Positions 9,716-17,601 of a DNA stretch of 29,802 bases are shown one piece after another. The notes beneath the pieces are model-generated. The model was given only the letters and a program-made list of their open reading frames with translations. It was not told the DNA's origin and did no database searches. Where the stretch lies: positions 1 through 29,802 of IMG/VR virus record IMGVR_UViG_3300020045_006023, one strand, 5' to 3'. Source of the stretch: a virus (lineage: Duplodnaviria > Caudoviricetes). How positions within the stretch are numbered: position 1 is the stretch's first letter; each line of letters opens with the position of its first letter. The translations under genes were made by a program, and so were the position numbers.

Positions 9716-10043
9716 TTAGTTTTGAAAGGTCTTTTCTTTTATCCTCAATAACTGAATTAATCTCCTGTTTATCTTTCCAGTTAAAATTCTTAAGCGCGAA
9801 AATAGAACCCGCTGGGTATTTCATCATCGCTTTTTCATACTTCTGTTCAATTCTTAGGAGGGCTTTTTTTATCGGGTCGGAAAAGCCTTCCTTCTTTTTA
9901 TAGTCATTTAACGAATCGCGTGAACAGAATCCCATGTAAAGCGCTAAACCTGACCATGTTGCATTATCCTTTTCTTCTTCAAAATATTGATCTACCCTTG
10001 CGGAGAACGCTTCCGGATCATCCCATGTAAGTGGTCTTCCCAT
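9648..10043 (-). CDS. terS: Terminase small subunit (P22 gp3-like)
   Basis: MGRP...VDQYF...TWSGLALYMGF...AGSIFALKN; overlaps terL by 68 nt; likely start ATG 10043. Confidence 0.85.
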   Translation of the reverse strand: MGRPLTWDDPEAFSARVDQYFEEEKDNATWSGLALYMGFCSRDSLNDYKKKEGFSDPIKKALLRIEQKYEKAMMKYPAGSIFALKNFNWKDKQEINSVIEDKRKDLSKLSDDDIETLERIYSKIGEGEKEV

Positions 10044-10046
10044 ATT

Positions 10047-10054
10047 CAAATTTA
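10047..10054 (-). promoter_or_regulatory. Possible Bacteroidota -7 element (TAAATTTG) upstream of terS
   Basis: Matches TAnnTTTG but no clear -33 TTG is present. Confidence 0.35.
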
Positions 10055-10086
10055 ACTATTTTTAAATAACAGTTTTCTTAACCCTC

Positions 10087-10386
10087 TTAAATACCTAATA
10101 TCTGATAAAGGAAATCTTTCTTAACTCCATCATTATCATATGACTTGTAAAGTCCGCAAATTGGCCAACCTTTTGATTTATCGCCCCATTCTTTTCTGCA
10201 AGAACATCCTGTTGACATACAGTACCCATGTAGTGAATTTAGTGGTTTTTTGCCATCCATCTCCCTGACTCGGTTTGTATCCTCTAATGATTCTGGGTCA
10301 TACCATGTTTTTGCCATTCCGCCAGCCCTAAAACCAGCTTTTCTTTCAGCTTCTGTTCTTCCATTTATGTATGCTTCCGTTTTCAT
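10087..10386 (-). CDS. Hypothetical protein (Cys-containing)
   Basis: 99 aa ORF coupled to the upstream gene. Confidence 0.6.
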   Translation of the reverse strand: MKTEAYINGRTEAERKAGFRAGGMAKTWYDPESLEDTNRVREMDGKKPLNSLHGYCMSTGCSCRKEWGDKSKGWPICGLYKSYDNDGVKKDFLYQILGI

Positions 10387-10760
10387 AGTCTATTAACCCT
10401 CTTAATATCCCTTTTTGTCAATCTTTTGTAAACAGCGTTCTCGTTCATTAAGCCGCTTTTTGACTTGGTTAAGCCCAGGAATTCATGAGCCATAAGGAAG
10501 TATATTAACCGTTCCGGATCGCCTGTAAACTCGGAATCTATCACTATTTCGTAGCTGTCGCCTACTTTTGTGATACTGCCGTTTGCCTCCAGGTGTTCAC
10601 CGAAACTGAATACTTTTGGGATTGATTCGGTTCTTACTGTTACCGTTTTAGGCTCCAGGTTGAAATCTGCGAAGAATTGCTCGGTTATTTGAGCTTGGCA
10701 GTGACCAGCGATCAAGATTATGATCATCATGGTAAATAGGAAGAATGTACGTTGTTTCAT
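10383..10760 (-). CDS. Secreted protein, degenerate zincin-like
   Basis: Signal peptide ending CQA-Q; AHEFLGL...GLMN resembles a zincin core lacking the second His. Confidence 0.5.
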   Translation of the reverse strand: MKQRTFFLFTMMIIILIAGHCQAQITEQFFADFNLEPKTVTVRTESIPKVFSFGEHLEANGSITKVGDSYEIVIDSEFTGDPERLIYFLMAHEFLGLTKSKSGLMNENAVYKRLTKRDIKRVNRL

Positions 10761-10960
10761 TTTGTTGTGATTTTGTTAAGTGGAGTGTACTCGTATGTTT
10801 TTTGTCCTATAAGCCATTCCCAAAAGCTTTTGTACTTGTGGGTTAATATTCCTTGCGGCCTGTCTTCAATGAAAGATGCAATTGTCTTCTCACCACATTC
10901 GCATACCCATTCCTGTAACGTTCCTGGGATGCGCCTAAATGAGTGCACATGATTATCCAT
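10757..10960 (-). CDS. Hypothetical small protein (possible zinc ribbon)
   Basis: 67 aa, HVH...CECG, overlap-coupled. Confidence 0.55.
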   Translation of the reverse strand: MDNHVHSFRRIPGTLQEWVCECGEKTIASFIEDRPQGILTHKYKSFWEWLIGQKTYEYTPLNKITTK

Positions 10961-11126
10961 TATTAATTTCAGTTTCCTTTAAGGCAATTTCCAAATCTCT
11001 TTTAGCGAAATGTAGCTTTTTTATCATCTTATTAAGCTCCAATTTACGCTTGTGGGCTTTGTCTTCTGCTTCTTGGCATGCATCTCTTTCTTGTATGTAT
11101 GCTTCTATTCTTTGTTCGATGCTCAT
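10953..11126 (-). CDS. Small coiled-coil protein (57 aa)
   Basis: Not in the track. MSIEQRIEAYIQERDACQEAEDKAHKRKLELNKMIKKLH...; fills the gap with an ATGA overlap. Confidence 0.65.
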   Translation of the reverse strand: MSIEQRIEAYIQERDACQEAEDKAHKRKLELNKMIKKLHFAKRDLEIALKETEINNG

Positions 11127-11308
11127 ATCTCAATTGTATAGTTAGTATTAAATAAAGCGTCTTCTGCTGAGTGAAAGCCGTTTTCGCAGTCTCTTTTCCG
11201 CTTGTAACCTTCTCCGGAACAAGCTACTATCCTTCCGTTAGGAGCTTTTAAATGCCATCTCCATTCCTTTTTGTTGTCTTTGAAGTAGGTTAGTTTGTGG
11301 TTTCTCAT
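11123..11308 (-). CDS. DUF1508 (YegP/UPF0339) family protein
   Basis: YFKDNKKEWRWHLKAPNGRIVACSGEGYKRKRDC matches the family pattern. Confidence 0.85.
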   Translation of the reverse strand: MRNHKLTYFKDNKKEWRWHLKAPNGRIVACSGEGYKRKRDCENGFHSAEDALFNTNYTIEI

Positions 11309-11403
11309 GGCTTATGGTTAAATTTACGTATTGCCAGTTTAAGTTTATACTGTATGTACCACACTGTGCATTTAAATCTTATGTAATTCCACCAAAACTT
11401 CAT
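11305..11403 (-). CDS. Small basic/aromatic peptide (32 aa)
   Basis: Not in the track. MKFWWNYIRFKCTVWYIQYKLKLAIRKFNHKP, with ATGA overlaps at both ends. Confidence 0.5.
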   Translation of the reverse strand: MKFWWNYIRFKCTVWYIQYKLKLAIRKFNHKP

Positions 11404-11705
11404 GGCTTTATCTTAAGTCCTTCTAAAATTTCTAAATAATCTTTATGGTGCATTTCGTATATAGACATATACTTAATCTTCTCAATGGCTTCTGATAGGG
11501 CAGCGTTACGAATTGTAATCATCTCTTTCTCAGAAGATTGATAAACAATATCCATCATAAGCTTAACCTCTTCCTTTGTGTATAGCTCTTGAGATTTGCC
11601 TTGCAGGTCGTTAAGATACTTATTCCAAATAGCAACCTTTCGCTCGGTTACATTTTCAAAGTTCCAAAGTGAGTCTGCCTCCTGTTCTATCTTTTCGTTC
11701 AACAT
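11400..11705 (-). CDS. Hypothetical protein
   Basis: 101 aa ORF in the accessory array. Confidence 0.6.
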   Translation of the reverse strand: MLNEKIEQEADSLWNFENVTERKVAIWNKYLNDLQGKSQELYTKEEVKLMMDIVYQSSEKEMITIRNAALSEAIEKIKYMSIYEMHHKDYLEILEGLKIKP

Positions 11706-11708
11706 AAA

Positions 11709-11879
11709 TTAATCTTTAAACTCTTCATAAAAACTATCCTCATCCATTTTAGCTATAAATGCTTCATCCTTGGCAATCATTTTATCAAGGTTTCCGTATC
11801 GCTTCATGTAATAACGTCTCCGGGCTGCATCGTTCCTGAGAATCTTATTTATCCATTTTGGAAGTTTATTTTTGTTCAT
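11709..11879 (-). CDS. Hypothetical protein (56 aa)
   Basis: Not in the track. MNKNKLPKWINKILRNDAARRRYYMKRYGNLDKMIAKDEAF...; ATGA-coupled. Confidence 0.6.
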   Translation of the reverse strand: MNKNKLPKWINKILRNDAARRRYYMKRYGNLDKMIAKDEAFIAKMDEDSFYEEFKD

Positions 11880-12430
11880 GGCTTAGATTTTAGGATTTCA
11901 ATTGTCTTTGATATAATGCTTTCTCCCAACTTTAACCCTTCTTTGTTTTCCAAATCCTTCTTTACTCTGTAATTTTCCAACTCTCGACACTGTTTTTCTA
12001 TTTCGTTGTGCTTTTCTTTTAGGACTTTGATATCTGCTTGCAGTTCTTGATTCTGCTTTCGTAAGGTTTCATTTGCCTTCAACTCAATAACGTAAGCACT
12101 TTTCAGATGTACGCTTTCTGCTTGCAGTTCTTTGATTTGCTTATTTTTTTCAAGATGTAGAAAATGGTTCTCTTTCAACTTTTCAATCAATTGTTTATTG
12201 TACTCAACTTCGGTGAGCTTTTTCACTTTCTCCTGTTCGCTTTCTTTAGCTGGAATGGATTTCACTGGTGTTGGGTAGTACTTTTTTAGGTACTCCTTAA
12301 ACTCAAGCGGGTGATATACTTCGACTTCGACACCATCCACTATAAATTTCTCCTTGGATTCATTGTACTCTGTGAATATTTTATCCCAGTCCTTTACCGG
12401 CTCTTTATCGGGGAGAGATTCTTCTTTCAT
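11876..12430 (-). CDS. Coiled-coil hypothetical protein
   Basis: 184 aa with K/E-rich heptads. Confidence 0.65.
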   Translation of the reverse strand: MKEESLPDKEPVKDWDKIFTEYNESKEKFIVDGVEVEVYHPLEFKEYLKKYYPTPVKSIPAKESEQEKVKKLTEVEYNKQLIEKLKENHFLHLEKNKQIKELQAESVHLKSAYVIELKANETLRKQNQELQADIKVLKEKHNEIEKQCRELENYRVKKDLENKEGLKLGESIISKTIEILKSKP

Positions 12431-12717
12431 AACCTGCTTTTTACCTTCGTTTTAAATACTTCTTTATACCATCCTGAAAGATTCCCGTGGGCTTTGTCAT
12501 GGCAATCACGGCATAATGCGATAAGGTTTACGATAGCATCCTGCTCGCTTTTACGCTTGCTTCCAAACTTGCTCCTAGGCTCGATATGGTGGATGTCAAC
12601 CGCCTTGCCGCCGCAATGTTCGCACTGGATAAATTCATATCCTGAGTATCCAAAGTGGGTGAGGTAGTTTTCAACGTGCTTTTGCATGCTCTTTTGGTAG
12701 ATAGCCTTTTCATGCAT
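12427..12717 (-). CDS. HNH endonuclease (small, Zn-binding)
   Basis: CEHC...DIHHI...NLIALCRDCHDKAH. Confidence 0.9.
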   Translation of the reverse strand: MHEKAIYQKSMQKHVENYLTHFGYSGYEFIQCEHCGGKAVDIHHIEPRSKFGSKRKSEQDAIVNLIALCRDCHDKAHGNLSGWYKEVFKTKVKSRL

Positions 12718-12901
12718 ACCATTTACTAACCGATTCCCACATCTGAATGACTTTATACCTCTCCTGTGTGGTTAAATCTACACGTAGGGCAAGCTCTTTC
12801 AGAATATTGTCCGCATTAATATGCGCTATTTCAGTGTCGGTATTCTCAACGCAAGCCCTCATATCTGATAAAATTTCCTCGTATGTTCTGTCTGGTTTCA
12901 T
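12710..12901 (-). CDS. Hypothetical protein
   Basis: 63 aa, DTEIAHINAD...KWYA. Confidence 0.6.
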   Translation of the reverse strand: MKPDRTYEEILSDMRACVENTDTEIAHINADNILKELALRVDLTTQERYKVIQMWESVSKWYA

Positions 12902-12932
12902 TGTCTCCTGTGGAGGGGTTATTTTAAACTAA

Positions 12933-13169
12933 CTAACTCAAAAGATGGTTAGGAATCCAGTTGTATTTTGGCATAAAAAATCTTAACCATTTCCTTTCCC
13001 AATGTAATCCTTCATACTTGTCAGGGACATCAAAAGACACCACTGATGTATAAATTTTGCCCTGATGCTGTTTTAATCTACGATCTAAATCACAAGTAAG
13101 ACCAACGTAAACAACCTCTCCAGTTAGAATAAGTAAGTAAACAAAATGAGCATCCTTCTTCCTACGCAT
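12933..13169 (-). CDS. GIY-YIG nuclease domain protein
   Basis: FVYLL...VYVGLTCDLDRRLKQH...ERKWL...PKYN. Confidence 0.8.
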   Translation of the reverse strand: MRRKKDAHFVYLLILTGEVVYVGLTCDLDRRLKQHQGKIYTSVVSFDVPDKYEGLHWERKWLRFFMPKYNWIPNHLLS

Positions 13170-13320
13170 ACTTGCCTTCTAGATAATTTTTAGCTGTTTC
13201 TCTGGCCACTTCCATTCCACCAGCGTTGTCAACTACTTTGCGTTTGGTATAGAATCCTACTAAAATGACTTTTTCAGCGGGTTCCACCTTTTTACGTCCT
13301 GTCTTAATTTTCTTTGCCAT
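13162..13320 (-). CDS. Small basic putative DNA-binding regulator (RHH-like, 52 aa)
   Basis: Not in the track. MAKKIKTGRKKVEPAEKVILVGFYTKRKVVDNAGGMEVARETAKNYLEGKYA; first gene after the leftward promoter. Confidence 0.55.
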   Translation of the reverse strand: MAKKIKTGRKKVEPAEKVILVGFYTKRKVVDNAGGMEVARETAKNYLEGKYA

Positions 13321-13323
13321 GCA

Positions 13324-13352
13324 CAAATATAGTAATGTTTTACATATCCAAA
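13324..13352 (-). promoter_or_regulatory. Leftward Bacteroidota-type promoter
   Basis: Minus strand TTTG(13352-13349), 17-nt spacer, TATATTTG(13331-13324). Confidence 0.7.
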
Positions 13353-13380
13353 AATAAATCGTAAATATTTTATAAAAAGT

Positions 13381-13410
13381 TTTGTAATTCGAAAAACGAT
13401 ATTACCTTTG
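13381..13410 (+). promoter_or_regulatory. Rightward Bacteroidota-type promoter
   Basis: TTTG(13381-84), 18-nt spacer, TACCTTTG(13403-10); back-to-back with the leftward promoter at the strand switch. Confidence 0.75.
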
Positions 13411-13440
13411 AAACACAATCACAGACTAAACAAAAAGAAA

Positions 13441-13701
13441 ATGAAATATCTGCCATTTTATTATAAGTGTATGAAAACTGGGGAGATTGAATCTGCTGGA
13501 TTGTGTAGAATTTTAGCCCAAGATGAGTTAGGTATTTTTTATCCACCAGACTCTTATTCAAAAGAAAGGGGATTTGATGACCATTATTGGTATTGGGCAT
13601 ATGATGGAGAACGTGGGGATCAGTGGGATCGGGCAGAATGTTTCACCCCTCTTCGCCAAAACATAGTCCTATTTATGGCCGCTATGAATGGGGAATTGTA
13701 A
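13441..13701 (+). CDS. Hypothetical protein
   Basis: Likely ATG 13441, since the track start lies in the -7 box; ends FTPLRQNIVLFMAAMNGEL. Confidence 0.65.
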   Translation: MKYLPFYYKCMKTGEIESAGLCRILAQDELGIFYPPDSYSKERGFDDHYWYWAYDGERGDQWDRAECFTPLRQNIVLFMAAMNGEL

Positions 13702-13724
13702 TTAAAAAGTTTAAATAAAGAACA

Positions 13725-14282
13725 ATGAACGATCAACAATTAACTAAAATAAAAATGAATAACGATTTCTTACCAGAAGGCTATGAAGCCCCACAAGGCA
13801 ATTCAAGCTACACAAAATTACAGGACGGTGATACTAAAATTAGAATCCTATCTAAGCCTATCGTTGGCTGGCTGGGATGGAAAGAGAAAGTACCACACCG
13901 TTTTAGAATGGCTGACAAGCCTGAACAAAAGTTTGACCAACCGCTAAAACACTTTTGGGCTTTTGTGGTGTGGAATTACAACGACAATGCAATCCAGATT
14001 CTTGAACTTACACAAGCCACAATTCAAAAGGCAATTGCTGATATGTCAAAGAACGAAGATTGGGGAGCACCTTTCTTTTACGACATCAAAATCAACCGCA
14101 AAGGAAAGGATTTGAATACCGAATATAGTGTAATGCCTTCACCTAAAAAAGATTTAAGTGAGGAAATTAAGAAGGCAGCAATGGAAAAACCGGTATACCT
14201 GGAATCATTATTTTCAGGTGCCGACCCTTGGACTGTGACTGACAAACAAACTGAATTGGCTTTCTTAGGTCTACCTTTCTAA
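13725..14282 (+). CDS. Putative single-stranded DNA-binding protein (gp32-like OB fold)
   Basis: YTKLQDGDTKIRIL...KHFWAFVVWNY...IQILELTQ...YDIKINRKG...TEYSVMP, with a C-terminal LPF tail. Confidence 0.6.
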   Translation: MNDQQLTKIKMNNDFLPEGYEAPQGNSSYTKLQDGDTKIRILSKPIVGWLGWKEKVPHRFRMADKPEQKFDQPLKHFWAFVVWNYNDNAIQILELTQATIQKAIADMSKNEDWGAPFFYDIKINRKGKDLNTEYSVMPSPKKDLSEEIKKAAMEKPVYLESLFSGADPWTVTDKQTELAFLGLPF

Positions 14283-14767
14283 TGGAAGATTTGCTACCCA
14301 ATAGCCCATCCAGTTTACTCAACCTGATGGCTTCTACAAGCACTCAGGTTGATGTATTCTCTGATGGTGTTATCCAATCCGTCAAGAACGGTGAAACTAA
14401 TCCTTTGCATGTTATGATTCAATTAAAGGCTATGGAATTAGCTACAGAGCGAATCAAGAAAGAGATTAAAGAAAATGTACTAAGTGCCTCCGAGAAATAC
14501 CCAGGCACACAATTTGAATTCCTTGGAAATAAAATTGTAAAGGGTGACGTACATACCGAATATGATTTTTCAGTATGTTGTGATCCAGTATACGAGACAA
14601 GGAAAAGCATATTCGATACTGCTAAAACTTCACTGGAAGAACGTCAGGCTTTTTTGAAAACCATTAAACAGCCAGTGACAATAGTCGATGAAGGTTCGGG
14701 GGAAATTGTAACACTTCAGCCACCATTGAAAAAAAGTACTCCGGGTATTAAAATATCAATTCGATGA
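14282..14767 (+). CDS. Hypothetical phage protein (recombination module)
   Basis: 161 aa, helical with a C-terminal beta part, coupled to the SSB-like gene. Confidence 0.6.
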   Translation: MEDLLPNSPSSLLNLMASTSTQVDVFSDGVIQSVKNGETNPLHVMIQLKAMELATERIKKEIKENVLSASEKYPGTQFEFLGNKIVKGDVHTEYDFSVCCDPVYETRKSIFDTAKTSLEERQAFLKTIKQPVTIVDEGSGEIVTLQPPLKKSTPGIKISIR

Positions 14768-15126
14768 TAACAAGAGGAATATTAATCGCTGCAATGGTGG
14801 AGAAAATTTATACACTAAAAGACAAAAGTGTTAAATTAGTTTTCGAAACTCAGGAATTAAGCCCCAACAAAGCGGGCGCATTATTTCAGCTTATGAATCA
14901 GGTTGTGAGTGTATACGTAAAGCCTAACGAAATCAATCAGGATGAAATAAATAAGGTAGACCAAGTTGAGCCTGAAATGCCCGGTAAAACTCCCAGCCAG
15001 CGTATGCGTAACGTGCTGTTTATCCTTTGGAAGCAAGATAAAGAAGGCTATAATGAATTTGATTATTACTATAAGTCAAAGATGGATGCCTTTATTGAAG
15101 AACTTAAAAACAACATACTCGCATGA
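14764..15126 (+). CDS. Hypothetical phage protein
   Basis: 120 aa, KTPSQRMRNVLFILW motif, ATGA-coupled. Confidence 0.6.
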   Translation: MITRGILIAAMVEKIYTLKDKSVKLVFETQELSPNKAGALFQLMNQVVSVYVKPNEINQDEINKVDQVEPEMPGKTPSQRMRNVLFILWKQDKEGYNEFDYYYKSKMDAFIEELKNNILA

Positions 15127-15734
15127 AACGAGAATACTTAAAAGATCAAGACCTTAAGATAAAGTGTAAGCAATGCAATGCTGATATTAAAAAAAATACA
15201 AACCATATAAGAAAATCACTTAGACTCGGAAGACCATTATTTTGTAACAAAGTGTGTTTTGGATTATTTCATAGGGATTTCAGAAGAAAAAAAGAACCAT
15301 ATAGTAATTGGCCAACACTTAGAGAAAGATTTGAAAATAACATTTATTACGGTATTGACGGTTGTTGGCACTGGATTGGAAATTTTGGTAAAAAGGACTA
15401 TGGGCAAATAACTAAAGGAAATACTACGCTAAGGGCACATAGAGTCTCATACGAATTTTACAAAGGGCCAATTACAGATGGACTACATGTTTTACATACC
15501 TGTGATAATCCATCTTGTGTAAACCCTGATCATCTTTTCTTAGGTACAAATAGAGATAATGTGAATGATAGAATTGCAAAAGGAAGACAGGGACATAAAC
15601 TAAAACCTAATGATGTAATTCAAATTAGACAGATATTACCAACCCATAGAGATATTGATATTGGGAAAATGTTTGGTGTGTCTAGAAAATTAATAAATAA
15701 TATTAGAAATAAAAAAATATGGAAAGGAATATAA
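15123..15734 (+). CDS. HNH homing endonuclease (HNH_3 type)
   Basis: GCWHWIG...YG...RAHRVSY...VLHTCDNPSCVNPDHLFLGTNRDN, with an N-terminal CxxC/FC finger and a C-terminal HTH. Confidence 0.92.
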   Translation: MKREYLKDQDLKIKCKQCNADIKKNTNHIRKSLRLGRPLFCNKVCFGLFHRDFRRKKEPYSNWPTLRERFENNIYYGIDGCWHWIGNFGKKDYGQITKGNTTLRAHRVSYEFYKGPITDGLHVLHTCDNPSCVNPDHLFLGTNRDNVNDRIAKGRQGHKLKPNDVIQIRQILPTHRDIDIGKMFGVSRKLINNIRNKKIWKGI

Positions 15735-15979
15735 AAAAAATAAATGTCTGGCCGAGATTACCCGAGCCACAAAAAAACCACCTAAGAGATATAGCAACTT
15801 GCTTTTCTGTAAGTGGGTTGTTTATCGCTCTACTTATTTTGTCTGCTGCTCAGCTTTCTAATCTTTACGAGTGGATGGATAACCCCGCTAATCAGTTCAC
15901 GCTAGTAATATTTTTTTTACTGGCCTGTAGTTGCTTTGGTTTTTACTGTGCTGTAAGGTATATTAAAAATAAGTTCTGA
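15719..15979 (+). CDS. Membrane protein (2 TM)
   Basis: Two hydrophobic segments. Confidence 0.6.
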   Translation: MERNIKKINVWPRLPEPQKNHLRDIATCFSVSGLFIALLILSAAQLSNLYEWMDNPANQFTLVIFFLLACSCFGFYCAVRYIKNKF

Positions 15980-16218
15980 TGAAGGTAGAAGATATCAAAG
16001 ACGAGTCAATGGTAATCCAGTATATCGAGGGGTGCTTAAATGACATGGAATATGGTATAGCTTCAAAGCAAGAAACGGATATACACATCAATAAGCTAAT
16101 AATTTACCTCATAAAGTTAGACCGTAAAAGAAGAGAAAAGTTGATTGAGTCTGCCTTTATAGCTGGACGTTCTGATACCTCATGGACGCAGTTTAAAATT
16201 GATAACAAATTAATGTGA
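15979..16218 (+). CDS. Hypothetical protein
   Basis: 79 aa, AFIAGR motif. Confidence 0.6.
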   Translation: MKVEDIKDESMVIQYIEGCLNDMEYGIASKQETDIHINKLIIYLIKLDRKRREKLIESAFIAGRSDTSWTQFKIDNKLM

Positions 16219-16325
16219 AGATTAAAAATAGATTCTAAATCATTGGAGGGTGAGGAAATAGAAGGAATCTAAAGCACCTATCGAAATCCCCTTACGAGTA
16301 ATCGACCTCCTTTAACTTTTATATT

Positions 16326-17600
16326 ATGACATACGAACAATTTTTAGAACTTAAACACAAGACTTCAAACCTATCTGGTTTTGAATTAGATGATGATCAC
16401 ATCAATCAGGTATTGTTTCCGTTTCAGAGATACATTGTCCGAAAGGCTTTGAGTCATGGTAAATTTGCAATATTCTCTGAATGTGGAACAGGTAAAACTT
16501 TGATGCAATTAGAATGGGCTAACCATGTAACTAAAAACACCAATGATCCTGTTTTAGTTCTTTGCCCGTTGGCAGTATCCGCTCAAACAATTGAAGAGGG
16601 TAAAAAGATTGGATTGACTGTCGAAAGATTAAAGTCGGATGTTTCTGGTAATGGAATTTATATCTCAAACTATGAGCAGATTGAAAACATAGATGCTTCT
16701 CAATTTGGTGGTATCGTGTTGGATGAAAGTTCAATACTTAAAAACTTCTCAGGGGAGACTAAGAAAAAGATACTTGAATCATTCTCCCACACCCCGTATA
16801 AACTTTGTTGCACCGCTACCCCTTCACCTAACGATGACATGGAGATTTGTAACCATGCTGAGTTTTTAAACCAAGGTAGACGTGAGGAAATTCTTGCAAT
16901 GTATTTTACTCATGATGGAGGTGAAACTGCTAAATGGAGAGTGAAAGGACACGCAAAAAAGAAGTTCTGGAACTTTGTTAAGTCTTGGTCAATCATGTGT
17001 TCTAATCCTTCAGACCTTGGATTTGATGGATCAAAGTTTATCCTGCCTAAACTTAATTTGATTGAACGGATTATAAATGTTCCTGTTCCTCAGGGTAAAT
17101 TATTCAATGATATTTCTATAAACGCTACAAACTTTAATCAGGAATTAAGGATAACTTTAGTTAGTAGGATGGATGACGTTGTACAAATTGTGAATGAGTC
17201 TCATGAAAACTTTATCGTTTGGGTAAAGCAAAATGTAGAGGCTGAGTATTTAATGGAACGAATTGATGGAGCGCGTGAGGTTAGAGGATCGCAGGAAGTT
17301 GAAATAAAAGAAAGAAACTTACTGGCCTTTGGAAAGGATGAATATCGGGTATTGGTTACTAAAACAAAAATAGCATGCTTTGGGCTTAATTATCAGAACT
17401 GCCATAACCAGGTATTTGCCAGCCTTGACTTTTCATTTGAGCAACTTTACCAAGCCATTAGAAGGTCCTACCGATTCGGACAAATGCATCCAGTTAATAT
17501 ATGGCTTATAACTACTGACACGATGCAGAATGTTATTCATGCCATCAAAGAAAAGCAGGAACAGTTTGAAAATATGAAATACCACTTAACCAACAATTAA
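16326..17600 (+). CDS. SNF2-family (SF2) helicase
   Basis: ECGTGKT, VLDESS, CTATP, FGLNYQ and QAIRRSYRFGQ motifs. Confidence 0.92.
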   Translation: MTYEQFLELKHKTSNLSGFELDDDHINQVLFPFQRYIVRKALSHGKFAIFSECGTGKTLMQLEWANHVTKNTNDPVLVLCPLAVSAQTIEEGKKIGLTVERLKSDVSGNGIYISNYEQIENIDASQFGGIVLDESSILKNFSGETKKKILESFSHTPYKLCCTATPSPNDDMEICNHAEFLNQGRREEILAMYFTHDGGETAKWRVKGHAKKKFWNFVKSWSIMCSNPSDLGFDGSKFILPKLNLIERIINVPVPQGKLFNDISINATNFNQELRITLVSRMDDVVQIVNESHENFIVWVKQNVEAEYLMERIDGAREVRGSQEVEIKERNLLAFGKDEYRVLVTKTKIACFGLNYQNCHNQVFASLDFSFEQLYQAIRRSYRFGQMHPVNIWLITTDTMQNVIHAIKEKQEQFENMKYHLTNN

Positions 17601-17601
17601 A

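Noticed and set aside
16245-16310. Active hammerhead ribozyme
   Set aside because: The core lacks C3 (reads GTGAGGA) and stems II and III do not close properly.
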